Shown here piece by piece: positions 1-9,018 of a stretch of 42,796 nt of DNA. Below the pieces are notes generated by a model, which saw only the letters and a list, made by a program, of their open reading frames with translations, made no database searches and was not told where the DNA came from. The stretch lies in the NCBI GenBank assembly GCA_044451425.1, contig JBIOKC010000001.1:1-42796 (forward strand). Reading direction: 5' to 3'. Within the stretch, counting starts at the first letter, position 1, and every line of letters starts with the position of its first letter. Source of the DNA: Thermodesulfobacteriota bacterium. Lineage in GTDB: Bacteria > Desulfobacterota_D > UBA1144 > Nemesobacterales > UBA2774. The position numbers and the translations under genes are program-made.

Positions 1-199
1 CAACAGCCCCTGCTGCTCCTTTTCTCAATGCCTCGTCTACGAACCTGTGGCCGTCATAGTTATCACCTTTGAGGGCAAAAAATATCTCGCCCGCCGACAC
101 GTTCCTCGAATCGGTACTAACGCCCGCAAATTCGCCGGGTTTCCGTCCGGAAATGAGCTTTCCATTCGTTGAATTGAGAACGAAATCAAGTCCGAACAT
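1..199 (-). CDS. murF: UDP-N-acetylmuramoyl-tripeptide--D-alanyl-D-alanine ligase MurF, N-terminal 66 codons only (the gene runs off the window start)
   Basis: Manual minus-strand translation from the ATG (rc of 197-199) gives MFGLDFVLNSTNGKLISGRKPGEFAGVSTDSRNVSAGEIFFALKGDNYDGHRFVDEALRKGAAGAV. This is a typical MurF N-terminus (TDSR, FFALKG..DGH). It lies directly downstream of murE, as in dcw clusters. Confidence 0.8.
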   Translation of the reverse strand, partial: MFGLDFVLNSTNGKLISGRKPGEFAGVSTDSRNVSAGEIFFALKGDNYDGHRFVDEALRKGAAGAV

Positions 200-214
200 T
201 TTGCTATCGAAAAA

Positions 215-1705
215 CTAATTAAGCATCTCCTTTAATATTTCCCTGGCGACCATCCTGTCATCGAAGGTGAATTTCTTCGTACCGACAATCTGATAGTCCT
301 CGTGACCCTTGCCCGCTATGAGCACCGTATCCTTGTCTGCGGCTATTGTTAAGGCCTTTTTGATCGCCTCTTTCCTGTCCGATATCCTGAAATAGGGTTT
401 GCCGTCGGAGGAAGACCCGAGCACTCCGCGCTCGATGTCATCGATTATTTCTTCAGGGGGTTCGGTACGCGGGTTATCGGACGTAATGATCATTATATCC
501 GACAGATCCCTGCCTATAACACCCATTATGGGCCGCTTGGTCCTGTCCCTGTCGCCGCCGCATCCGAATACAAGAATCAGATTGCCCTTCGTAAGCGGTC
601 TGACTGCGAGAAGAACATTCCTGAGAGCGTCAGGGGTGTGGGCATAATCCACCAGAATTTGAAAATCGAGCGGGTTCTCCACCCTTTCGAGTCTTCCGGG
701 GACGTTCGAGAACCGTAATATTGCGTCCTCTACCGAACTTATGGAAGAACCCAGGGAAAGAGAAACCGAAACCGCAGCGAGTATGTTCGATAAATTATGC
801 TCTCCGAAAAGTCGTGATTCTATACCCACTATGCCATAGGGCGTATTCACAACGGCGCTGATACCTTCTTCCGAGATTCTCAGGCGCTCGGCAAATACGG
901 AGGCGCTCTTATCCTTTGTGGAATATGTGAGGACCTTTTCCGAAGCCTCCTTCAGAATTTCTCTTCCGTAAGGGTCGTCTATATTGATTATAGAGAACTT
1001 GTTTTTCTTTTCGCTCTCCGAGAGAAGCTCCGTGAAGAGTTTCTTTTTTGCATCGAAGTAATTCTCTATCGTTCCGTGGTAATCGAGGTGGTCCTGTGTG
1101 AGGTTAGTGAATACAGCAGCATCGAAATGGCATTCCATTACCCTTTTTCTGTCTATGGCGTGGGAAGACACCTCCATCGCCGCATAGTCCACTCCGGAAT
1201 CCCTCATTTCTCTCAAAATCCTCATAAGCTCAAGAGATTCAGGCGTCGTCATAGGGGCTTCGATCTTATTGTTGCCGAACCTGTATTCTATCGTGCCTAT
1301 GACGCCGGCTGTTTTATGCTCTGCCTTCCATATCGACTCGAGAAGGTACGTTATCGTGGTCTTTCCATTCGTGCCGGTAACTCCCACGAGTGAAAGCTCT
1401 TTTGTCGGGTGGCCGTAAAAATTAGCCGCAACCCTCGCAAGCGATTCTCTCGAATCGCCGACCTCGATTATTGAAACACCGGGGTACGTTTTCTCCGGCT
1501 GATCTTCTACAAGGAAGGCTTTAGCGCCGTTCCTGAAGGCTGACTCGATATACCTGTGGCCGTCGGTCTTCTCTCCCTTTAGAGCGATAAACAGGTATCC
1601 CTCTTTAACCCTATTTGAATCAATCGAAACACCTGAAATCCCTAATCCGTCGTATCCATCGAATTTTTTTATATTTATTCCTTTTATTATTTCCCTTAGT
1701 ATCAT
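215..1705 (-). CDS. murE: UDP-N-acetylmuramoyl-L-alanyl-D-glutamate--2,6-diaminopimelate ligase MurE
   Basis: 496-aa ORF with the Mur ligase P-loop GVTGTNGKTT, the DNPR motif (SDNPRTE) typical of meso-DAP-adding enzymes, and C-terminal GKGHE. Its start overlaps the ftsI stop by 4 nt. Confidence 0.95.
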   Translation of the reverse strand: MILREIIKGINIKKFDGYDGLGISGVSIDSNRVKEGYLFIALKGEKTDGHRYIESAFRNGAKAFLVEDQPEKTYPGVSIIEVGDSRESLARVAANFYGHPTKELSLVGVTGTNGKTTITYLLESIWKAEHKTAGVIGTIEYRFGNNKIEAPMTTPESLELMRILREMRDSGVDYAAMEVSSHAIDRKRVMECHFDAAVFTNLTQDHLDYHGTIENYFDAKKKLFTELLSESEKKNKFSIINIDDPYGREILKEASEKVLTYSTKDKSASVFAERLRISEEGISAVVNTPYGIVGIESRLFGEHNLSNILAAVSVSLSLGSSISSVEDAILRFSNVPGRLERVENPLDFQILVDYAHTPDALRNVLLAVRPLTKGNLILVFGCGGDRDRTKRPIMGVIGRDLSDIMIITSDNPRTEPPEEIIDDIERGVLGSSSDGKPYFRISDRKEAIKKALTIAADKDTVLIAGKGHEDYQIVGTKKFTFDDRMVAREILKEMLN

Positions 1706-3627
1706 ATATTCTGTTTAAGTTCTATCGAACATACCATACCTTCCTTTATCGTATCCCCCGGCAAAGGGCTTTGTCCGGTCACATATCCGCTGCCTTTGAC
1801 GTTTAGCTTTATTCCTTCCTGCTCGGACCATTTAAGAATATCCCTCACGCTTTTGCCGCTAAGGTCGGGCATCAACCTGGCGCCCACCAGTTCTTTCTTC
1901 GGGGCGATTCCCATATGGAACAGTACCTTCTCCGCAATCCGTTTAAAGATAGGACCCGATACCGATCCTCCGTGAGTCATTTTCTTGGGCGCCTCGACAA
2001 CAACGACTAGTGTTAGCTTCGGGTCGTCCGATGGGGCGAACCCTATGAACGAAGCCACGAACCTGTCTGGATAATATCCGCCTGTGGCGGGGTTGGGTAT
2101 CTGCGCGGTGCCCGTTTTTCCCGCTACTTTGTAGCCCGGAATTGCTGCTTTCTTACCCGTGCCTTCTTCCACAACGCGTTCCAGAATACGGGTCATCTCC
2201 TGAGCTGTATCGTATGATATTACCCGATTTTTCACCTCCGGCTTGTTTTCCCTTATTACCGTGCCGTCAGGACCTAAGATCTCTTTAATCATATAGGGCT
2301 TCATCAGATAACCGCCGTTAGCTATAGCGGACAGTGCAGAGGCAAGCTGAAGCGCAGTGACTGATACTCCCTGACCAAATGATATAGTGGCGAGCTCTAT
2401 CTTCCCCCATGATTTCGGGCTCGTGAGCCTCCCGCCGGACTCTCCCGGAATATCTATCCCTGTCTTGTCGCCGAAGCCGAACTTCTTGAGATCGCTGTAG
2501 TACCTTTCCTTACCCAGCAGCTCTCCAATCTTGGATGCTCCTATATTGCTCGAAACCCTTATTACGTCCGCAAGCGTGAGTATCCCGTATGGATGCACGT
2601 CTCTGATTATCTTCGCACCGACCTGCCTTCTTCCGTTCTCACAATTAAATTTCGTGTCCGGATTCGCCACCTTCTCCTGAAGAGCGCTCGAGGCCAAGAA
2701 TACCTTCATCGTAGAACCCGGCTCGTATGTGTACCAGACAGGCAGGTTCCTCCTGTTCTCGAGCGGGAAATCGTTGTACTTGTTCGGGTCGAGAAACGGG
2801 TAAGACGCCATGGCGAGAACTTCGCCCGTCTCGGGGTCAAGGAGAATAGCCATTCCCCTCTCGCCGCCCATCTCCTCGATCCCGTCTTTCAATTCCCTTT
2901 CCACAATGTGCTGAATCTGAGAGTCCACAGTCAGGATTATGTCGTGACCGGCGGTTTTCTCTTCATCGAAGTCCGCGACTATGTCGGGATTGCTTACAAT
3001 CTTTCTTCCGAGGGCGTCCTTTTTGAGTGTGATTTTCCCGGGCTTGCCGATCAGGAGTCCATCATAACGGTATTCTATTCCCTCTATTCCAGTAGAATCA
3101 ATATTGGTAACACCGAGAACCTGCCCCATCAAGTGTCCGTTAGGGTATATGCGCTTGGGCTCTTCTATGAAGCCGACACCGGCTAGATTCATGCTTTCGA
3201 GCTCGGATGTAATCTTGGGATCAACGAGCCGGGCGAGCCAGGTGAATGAAGACTTGGAAGCCAGCTTCTGCTCCACTGTTTTTTCCTGCATATCGAGCTT
3301 GGCCGAAAGGGTCTTGGCAACTTCTTTCCGATTCTTTACAGCGTAGGGATTGGCAAAGACCGACTTGATCTCGACATTCACCGCGAGCTCTTTCATGTTC
3401 CTGTCGAGAATCTTTCCCCTGCGGGGAAGGAGAGTAGAGCTGCCCTGATGCTGCTTTCTTGCAATCGTAAATGCGCGTTCTTTATCGAGCACCTGAAGGT
3501 CGAGCGCTTTGACGCATACGAGCAAAAAAAGCAGAAGCACAAAACCCCCGACAATTGTGACCTTCCATTTGGGTCTGCCGAGGCCCCTTCCGAGGGAAAT
3601 TCTTTTCGAGCTCTTTTTAGGCTTCAT
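1702..3627 (-). CDS. ftsI: Class B penicillin-binding protein (FtsI/PBP3-type transpeptidase) with a C-terminal PASTA-like domain
   Basis: 641 aa with an N-terminal membrane anchor (VTIVGGFVLLLFLLVCV). Transpeptidase motifs STMK (SxxK), SSN (SxN) and KTGT (KTG) are present. The C-terminal ~60 aa (LSGKSVRDILKWSEQEGIKLNVKGSGYVTGQSP) looks like a PASTA domain. It occupies the dcw position between ftsL and murE. Confidence 0.9.
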   Translation of the reverse strand: MKPKKSSKRISLGRGLGRPKWKVTIVGGFVLLLFLLVCVKALDLQVLDKERAFTIARKQHQGSSTLLPRRGKILDRNMKELAVNVEIKSVFANPYAVKNRKEVAKTLSAKLDMQEKTVEQKLASKSSFTWLARLVDPKITSELESMNLAGVGFIEEPKRIYPNGHLMGQVLGVTNIDSTGIEGIEYRYDGLLIGKPGKITLKKDALGRKIVSNPDIVADFDEEKTAGHDIILTVDSQIQHIVERELKDGIEEMGGERGMAILLDPETGEVLAMASYPFLDPNKYNDFPLENRRNLPVWYTYEPGSTMKVFLASSALQEKVANPDTKFNCENGRRQVGAKIIRDVHPYGILTLADVIRVSSNIGASKIGELLGKERYYSDLKKFGFGDKTGIDIPGESGGRLTSPKSWGKIELATISFGQGVSVTALQLASALSAIANGGYLMKPYMIKEILGPDGTVIRENKPEVKNRVISYDTAQEMTRILERVVEEGTGKKAAIPGYKVAGKTGTAQIPNPATGGYYPDRFVASFIGFAPSDDPKLTLVVVVEAPKKMTHGGSVSGPIFKRIAEKVLFHMGIAPKKELVGARLMPDLSGKSVRDILKWSEQEGIKLNVKGSGYVTGQSPLPGDTIKEGMVCSIELKQNI

Positions 3628-3962
3628 TTCTTGCTGTCTGCGACCGTGTTATTTTCTATGTAGATTACGTCTTCCTGAGTCGGATACTTAAATCCCATCT
3701 GGAGAGCAATTTTTTCAAGCCTGTCGGGCGATTTTTCCTGCATAAACTCGGATTGTAGTATCCGTTTCTCCTTAATCAGCTCATTCATATTCTTGTTGTT
3801 TCGCGAAATCTCATAACCGACTCTTAATTCTTCGACCTTGAACCTTACATAAAAAAGCGAGACTGCAACTGCAATCAGCACGAGTATTACAAAACCCATC
3901 GATATTGTCGTTCTTTCCGACTTTTCCTTCTCTCTCGACCCTAGAGCCTTGACATGCGCCAT
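3624..3962 (-). CDS. ftsL: Cell division protein FtsL-like (small bitopic membrane protein)
   Basis: 112 aa with a single TM helix (GFVILVLIAVAVSLFYV) followed by a coiled-coil-like segment. It lies between rsmH and ftsI and overlaps the ftsI start by 4 nt. The call rests on position and architecture, not on sequence motifs. Confidence 0.6.
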   Translation of the reverse strand: MAHVKALGSREKEKSERTTISMGFVILVLIAVAVSLFYVRFKVEELRVGYEISRNNKNMNELIKEKRILQSEFMQEKSPDRLEKIALQMGFKYPTQEDVIYIENNTVADSKK

Positions 3963-3964
3963 TC

Positions 3965-4924
3965 TTAAACCCTCTCGCCAACCCTCAGTTTTGCGCTTCG
4001 CGCCCTGAGGTTGTTTGATATCTCTTCATCACCCGGAATAATGGGAGAGCTGGTGAGAACCTTGAGGACTTTTTTTTTACCGCAGCCGCATTCCGGCATA
4101 CCGGGTGGGCATACACACGGCGACGCTAATTTCTGAAAGCAGGTCTTGACCAGTCTGTCCTCAAGCGAGTGGAAAGAAATAATGACGAGTCTTCCACCGA
4201 CCCTGAGCCTGTATACGGCCTTCCCTATGAATTCCCTAATATTCTCAAGCTCGTTATTGACAGCGATCCGGAGCGCCTGAAATGTTTTCGTCGCAGGGTG
4301 AATTCTGGCTGGATGGAACTTTCTCGGGATTGCGAGGGAAACGACTCGCGCGAGCTCGGCAGATGTTTTGATGGGATTGTCTTTTCTGGTCTCGACGATC
4401 CTCTTCGCTATCCTTCTCGCCCACTTCTCCTCTCCGTACATTTTTAATACTCTGGAGATATCTTCCATCGTCATCTCATTGACGAGATCATAGGCCGTGA
4501 GCCTGAGATTCGGGTCCATCCTCATATCGAGCGGCTCCTCTCTCATGAAGCTGAAACCCCTCTCGCTCGATTCTAATTGATATGTGGACATTCCCAAGTC
4601 GGCAACAATGCCGTCCGCCTCCTTTAAATCGAGGCTGTCGAGAACCTTATCTATGTCAGAAAAATTACTATTGCGATAAATAACGCGGCCGTTATATTCG
4701 GATAGCATCTCACGGGATATAGAAATCGCCTCTTCATCGACGTCGAGTCCTATAACGAGGGACTTGGAACTCGTATGCCCGAGTATGGATTTGGTGTGAC
4801 CGCCCATTCCCAACGTGGCGTCTACGTATATACCTTCAGGACGGGTGATGAGGTAACTGATGACCTCCTCAGTCATCACCGGCCGATGAATCGGCTTCGA
4901 TATTTCCATGGCCGCGCTTTCCAT
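3965..4924 (-). CDS. rsmH: 16S rRNA (cytosine1402-N4)-methyltransferase RsmH (MraW)
   Basis: Carries the SAM motif DATLGMGGHT, an HRPVMTEEV N-terminus and an FHSLEDR motif. I place the start at the ATG at 4924 (MESAAMEISKPIHRPVM), 4 nt after the mraZ stop. The longer ORF to 5029 overlaps mraZ and encodes a low-complexity basic tail. Confidence 0.92.
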   Translation of the reverse strand: MESAAMEISKPIHRPVMTEEVISYLITRPEGIYVDATLGMGGHTKSILGHTSSKSLVIGLDVDEEAISISREMLSEYNGRVIYRNSNFSDIDKVLDSLDLKEADGIVADLGMSTYQLESSERGFSFMREEPLDMRMDPNLRLTAYDLVNEMTMEDISRVLKMYGEEKWARRIAKRIVETRKDNPIKTSAELARVVSLAIPRKFHPARIHPATKTFQALRIAVNNELENIREFIGKAVYRLRVGGRLVIISFHSLEDRLVKTCFQKLASPCVCPPGMPECGCGKKKVLKVLTSSPIIPGDEEISNNLRARSAKLRVGERV

Positions 4925-4928
4925 TTTC

Positions 4929-5375
4929 TTACAGTCCTTGTCCCGCAAGTATCTCTCTGCTCTTTTTGAATTCTTCGTACGCGCGTCCCTGTTCCTCTTC
5001 CTCCCAGACTTCCTTTGCCCAGATCTCAATCCTTGTCAGCATCCCAATCATGATAAGCTCTTTATCAATATGGGCGTGGTTCCTCAGGGACTGGGGGATG
5101 AGAACTCTGCCCTGCCCGTCGAGCGGGCAGTCGACGGCGCCGCCCATTAAGTATCTCAGAAATGAGATAACCTCCTGTTTAAACTGCGGAAGCTCGGAAA
5201 CTTTTCTCTCTATTTCGTTCCATTCCCTAAGTGGATAGGCAACCAGACATTTATCAAAATTCGTAATGATTAAGGTCTCATCAGCATACTTTTCCTTGCA
5301 AACTTCCCGGAACTTTGCAGGTATGCTGACGCGCCCTTTATCGGTCATCGTATGTTCGTATCGTCCTCGAAACAT
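4929..5375 (-). CDS. mraZ: Transcriptional regulator MraZ
   Basis: 148 aa starting MFRG. It has two SpoVT/AbrB-like halves, each with the DxxGR motif (DKGRVSIP, DGQGRVLIP), and is the first gene of the dcw cluster. Confidence 0.93.
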   Translation of the reverse strand: MFRGRYEHTMTDKGRVSIPAKFREVCKEKYADETLIITNFDKCLVAYPLREWNEIERKVSELPQFKQEVISFLRYLMGGAVDCPLDGQGRVLIPQSLRNHAHIDKELIMIGMLTRIEIWAKEVWEEEEQGRAYEEFKKSREILAGQGL

Positions 5376-5381
5376 ATCATA

Positions 5382-5417
5382 CCACTTTATGCCACTTTAT
5401 GCCACTTACAACCACTA
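5382..5417 (-). promoter_or_regulatory. Candidate MraZ operator: four direct GTGG-containing repeats at exact 10-bp spacing
   Basis: On the plus strand CCAC occurs at 5382, 5392, 5402 and 5412. The minus-strand units are ATAAAGTGGT, ATAAAGTGGC, TGTAAGTGGC and ATATAGTGGT. They lie between the predicted -10 box and the mraZ ATG. The 10-bp-phased TGGG/AAAGTG-type repeats reported as MraZ sites in E. coli and Mollicutes have the same layout. Confidence 0.5.
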
Positions 5418-5442
5418 TATAACTTGGTATTAAGTTTGTCAA
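5414..5442 (-). promoter_or_regulatory. Sigma-70-type promoter of the mraZ/dcw operon
   Basis: The minus strand reads TTGACA (rc of 5437-5442), a 17-nt spacer, then TATAGT (rc of 5414-5419). This predicts a leader of about 32 nt to the mraZ ATG. The -10 box overlaps the most upstream repeat unit. Confidence 0.5.
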
Positions 5443-5772
5443 GTAAGTTTGTGTCTTTTTTCAATTTTTTAGTTAAATCACTGGCTTGAAATAAAAACCT
5501 GCACAATAAACTTACAATTTGGCTCGAAAAGAATGGATTTTTTAGGGCGCATGGACTCATTTACATTAAGAGTGTACCGTAACCGACTGTAATTTATAAA
5601 TATATTGATTGCAATATTTACGTCTATAAAAATATAATAATGCCACTTCATACCACAATTATATTAAAGTCATTTTCGAATAACCGCCAACAGCCAGAAT
5701 TTATCCAGATGAAATCGGAAAAAGTCATAAAGTTGTATATAATCATGTACTTTAAATACCGAAGCCGAGATA

Positions 5773-6000
5773 ATGCCTACCATATCGATAAAGCTCAAAA
5801 ATAACAGTGAAAGCGTGTACTTCCAATCCATCATGGGCACTTATTCGCACATCGCATGGGTAAGGACGGATGATCCAGAGTCGGGGATTATTAGGGTGAT
5901 AACTACCGAGGACCTTCTCCAGGAAACCCTCAGCATACTGGAAAGGTTGAAAAAAGAGATAGACTTCGAGGAGGTTGGACCGGAGGGGGAGAGTTTGTGA
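5773..6000 (+). CDS. Small hypothetical protein (75 aa), possibly DUF4911-like
   Basis: The ORF ends 21 nt before murJ. The pattern YFQSIMGTYSHIAWVRTDDPESGIIRVITTEDLLQETLSILERLKKEI resembles my recollection of DUF4911 proteins (ILE.YDGLA..T.D...G.V.L). I did not verify this by search. Confidence 0.4.
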   Translation: MPTISIKLKNNSESVYFQSIMGTYSHIAWVRTDDPESGIIRVITTEDLLQETLSILERLKKEIDFEEVGPEGESL

Positions 6001-6021
6001 GATCCATCGGTCCTCTTACAT

Positions 6022-7590
6022 ATGAGAGAAAGAGAACAAATTACGCGATCAGTGGGTATGGTCAGTTTTATAACCATTATCAGCCGTATAGCGGGTTATT
6101 TAAGAGATATGCAAATGGCTTATTTCTTCGGGGCAACTAATTTTACAGACGCATATTGGATTGCCTACAGAATCCCGAATCTCTTGAGGAGGCTACTGGC
6201 GGAGGGTTCCCTGACGATTTCGTTCATACCCGTTTTCACAGAGACTTTAGAAAAACAGGGTCAAGAGGAAGCGAAGAAGGTATCCGATATCGTATTCACC
6301 ATTTTGTTTGTAATCCTAATCGCGGTCACCATACTCGGGATCGTCTTCTCTCCTTTTATAATAAAGCTCTTTGCATACGGTTTCGATCAAAAAACATTCG
6401 AGATTGCGGTAAGTCTCAACCGTGTAATGTTCCCTTACATCTTTTTCGTATCCCTGGCCGCTCTATGCATGGGGGTTCTAAATTCCCTGAGGATGTTCTT
6501 TGCACCTGCATTTTCCCCGGTGCTACTGAATATCGCGATTATCGCAACGGTATTCGCACTGCATAGTCATTTTAAGCTGCCACTTTATTCAGCAGCCGTG
6601 GGAGTTATAATTGGAGGAATCCTCCAACTCGTCCAGCAGTTTCCATATTTGTACATAAAAGGTTTCATGTTCAGCTTCAGAAAAAACCTGCGTCATCCCG
6701 CCGTCAAGCGTATTGCGCTGCTACTGGTGCCCCAGCTTTTCGGGCTGGCAGTTTATAACCTGAATCTGATCGTGAGCTCTCAATACGCCTCGTATATGTC
6801 GGCTGGCACTATCTCCTACCTTTACTACGCGGAAAGGCTCACGGAATTCCCCCTGGGAATAATTGCGGTCTCGATAGCGACCGTGCTTCTTCCGAGTCTC
6901 TCAAGCTACGTGAGCAAAGGAGATTATGAACAATTTCACAATACATATACGTTCACTCTGAAGCTGATGCTACTTGTACTTATCCCTTCGCTCGCTGGTC
7001 TCATTGCCTTAAGGATACCCATATGCAACCTCCTCTATCAAAGAGGGGAATTCACATACGGGTCCACACTTGCCACTGCTCAGACTCTTTCCGGATACTG
7101 TCTGGGACTGTGGGCTGTCGGCGGGCTCCGGGTTACGGCTCCAGCTTTCTATGCCATGCAGGATACGAAGACTCCCGTCGTCGTGGCTTTTTTCTCATTT
7201 CTCCTGAACGCCGCTCTCGGATACGCGCTCGGGTTTATGCTCAAGCTCGAACACACCGGACTTGCACTCGCAAACTCCACATCTTCCATATTCAACTTTC
7301 TCGCGCTTATTTACCTGTTGGAAAGAAGGACAGGCGATTTGAAAGCGAAGACAATCGTCGGCTTCTGCATTAAAATGATCGTTATCTCCTTGATTATGGC
7401 GGCTGCAGCATGGAAGATCTCGATGTACGCAGACTGGACGGTATCCGTTTTTTCGATCAAAAAGATCATGGTACTGGTATTGTCTATAGGCACGGCGGGA
7501 GTGATATTTACAGCTCTGACGAAAATTTTCAAAATCGAGGAAGCTGGATTCCTGGTAAACCTGATCAGAAGAAAAATGCCGGGGGGTTAA
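6022..7590 (+). CDS. murJ: Lipid II flippase MurJ (MviN)
   Basis: 522 aa and polytopic (about 14 TM). The N-terminus SRIAGYLRDMQMAYFFGATNFTDAYWIAYRIPNLLRRLLAEGSL is the characteristic MurJ signature region. Confidence 0.9.
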   Translation: MREREQITRSVGMVSFITIISRIAGYLRDMQMAYFFGATNFTDAYWIAYRIPNLLRRLLAEGSLTISFIPVFTETLEKQGQEEAKKVSDIVFTILFVILIAVTILGIVFSPFIIKLFAYGFDQKTFEIAVSLNRVMFPYIFFVSLAALCMGVLNSLRMFFAPAFSPVLLNIAIIATVFALHSHFKLPLYSAAVGVIIGGILQLVQQFPYLYIKGFMFSFRKNLRHPAVKRIALLLVPQLFGLAVYNLNLIVSSQYASYMSAGTISYLYYAERLTEFPLGIIAVSIATVLLPSLSSYVSKGDYEQFHNTYTFTLKLMLLVLIPSLAGLIALRIPICNLLYQRGEFTYGSTLATAQTLSGYCLGLWAVGGLRVTAPAFYAMQDTKTPVVVAFFSFLLNAALGYALGFMLKLEHTGLALANSTSSIFNFLALIYLLERRTGDLKAKTIVGFCIKMIVISLIMAAAAWKISMYADWTVSVFSIKKIMVLVLSIGTAGVIFTALTKIFKIEEAGFLVNLIRRKMPGG

Positions 7591-7738
7591 AGTGAAACCT
7601 ACCCGAACATTCCCCGCTCTTGATTCTTTCCCGGCAGGTGCTTCGCAGAATCTCATTCTTGCGAGTCGGTAATTGTATGATCTATAGATGCGGTATTCTT
7701 GACTATCAATTTAGTAATAAAGTAATATCAGGATTGTC

Positions 7739-8461
7739 ATGGCCGAAGATGATTTTAGTAATGACGAACTGAGCAGGTTCGAGGAAAAATACGCAAGAAT
7801 TTTATTAAAGGACCCTTCGTCGGTCGCTTTCATTTTCCTCGCACAAGTGCTTCATAAGCGTGGGAAAGTCGATAAGGCCATTAATGTATTGATTAACGGA
7901 TTGAGATATAATAAAAAAAGCGTTACGGGGAGATTCTTATTAGGGAAAATTTACTACGACAGGTGGTTAATAGAGCAGGCGAAGAGGGAATTCCGGACCG
8001 TCGTGCAGCTGGCGCCGGACAATCTCGCAGCCTGCAAAATGCTCGCGCAGATCTACAAGAGCGAGGAAGCATTCGAAAAGTCGCTCGAGATGCTGAAAAC
8101 TGCTTCCGCCTACCATCCTCACGACGAGACGATACATTCGGAGATGAAAGAAATCGAGGCCTCTCTCTCGAGAGTAAATAAAAAGGAGAAGGAATTTCAG
8201 ATCGCAAGGGAAAACATAAGGATGGCCCTGGACTCGAAGAGCATCGAGGAGCTTGAAAAGAGCATTAAAAAATACGATGAGGAGCTCTATACCGAAACCG
8301 TGGCCGACATCTACTTCGACCAGGGTTTATACGATAAATCCATGGCCGTGCTCGAAGCGATTCTGCAAGGTGACCCGGGAAACTATAGGATCAGGAAGAA
8401 GCTCGATGAATCCAGGCTCTTTTTGATCAATAAAACTGCGGGGTTACTTAAAGGAGAATAG
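7739..8461 (+). CDS. Tetratricopeptide-repeat protein
   Basis: 240 aa with TPR-like helical repeats ([22 protein letters not shown]..., [39 protein letters not shown]). Function unknown. Confidence 0.7.
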   Translation: MAEDDFSNDELSRFEEKYARILLKDPSSVAFIFLAQVLHKRGKVDKAINVLINGLRYNKKSVTGRFLLGKIYYDRWLIEQAKREFRTVVQLAPDNLAACKMLAQIYKSEEAFEKSLEMLKTASAYHPHDETIHSEMKEIEASLSRVNKKEKEFQIARENIRMALDSKSIEELEKSIKKYDEELYTETVADIYFDQGLYDKSMAVLEAILQGDPGNYRIRKKLDESRLFLINKTAGLLKGE

Positions 8462-8469
8462 TGTCGAAT

Positions 8470-8916
8470 ATGAAAATACTGATCATCCACGGACCCAACC
8501 TAAACATGCTCGGAAAGCGCGAGCCCGAGATCTACGGAGGAGACACATTACAGGAAATTAACAGACTGATCAGGGACGAAGCGAAGAAGCTGGGTGTTAA
8601 GACAGAGATATTCCAGTCAAATTCCGAGGGGGAAATCGTGGGTAGGGTTCAGGAAGCTATGATAAAGTTCGACGGGCTGCTGATAAATCCAGGAGCATAT
8701 ACCCATACGAGCATCGCAATCCGCGACGCCATCCTGTCAGCCGGACTGCCCGTGGCCGAGGCCCATATCTCCAATATATACAAGAGAGAGGATTTCAGGC
8801 AGAAGTCTTTCATATCGGGCGTTGCGCTCGGTGTTATATCGGGGTTCGGAAAAGACAGCTATATCCTCGGATTAAGAGGACTGGTAAATTACCTTAACAG
8901 CCGGAAATCGGAGTGA
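8470..8916 (+). CDS. aroQ: Type II 3-dehydroquinate dehydratase
   Basis: [36 protein letters not shown] and [16 protein letters not shown] are hallmark AroQ motifs. I chose the ATG at 8470. A GTG at 8461 that overlaps the upstream stop is the alternative start. Confidence 0.93.
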   Translation: MKILIIHGPNLNMLGKREPEIYGGDTLQEINRLIRDEAKKLGVKTEIFQSNSEGEIVGRVQEAMIKFDGLLINPGAYTHTSIAIRDAILSAGLPVAEAHISNIYKREDFRQKSFISGVALGVISGFGKDSYILGLRGLVNYLNSRKSE

Positions 8917-9018
8917 GTAAGCGCTGACAAGACGAATCTTGTCGAAAGACTATACGTGAGCCTAATACCGCTACGATTATCACGTATCGAAATTATCATT
9001 AAATCATTTTCCGTTCAT

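Noticed and set aside
4925-5029. A 35-codon N-terminal extension of the rsmH ORF (MRSGQRKSGRKRNRDARTKNSKRAERYLRDKDCKK) that overlaps the 3' end of mraZ.
   Set aside because: It is low-complexity and basic, and it overlaps a well-supported gene. A good ATG at 4924 lies 4 nt after the mraZ stop and gives a normal RsmH N-terminus (..HRPVM..).
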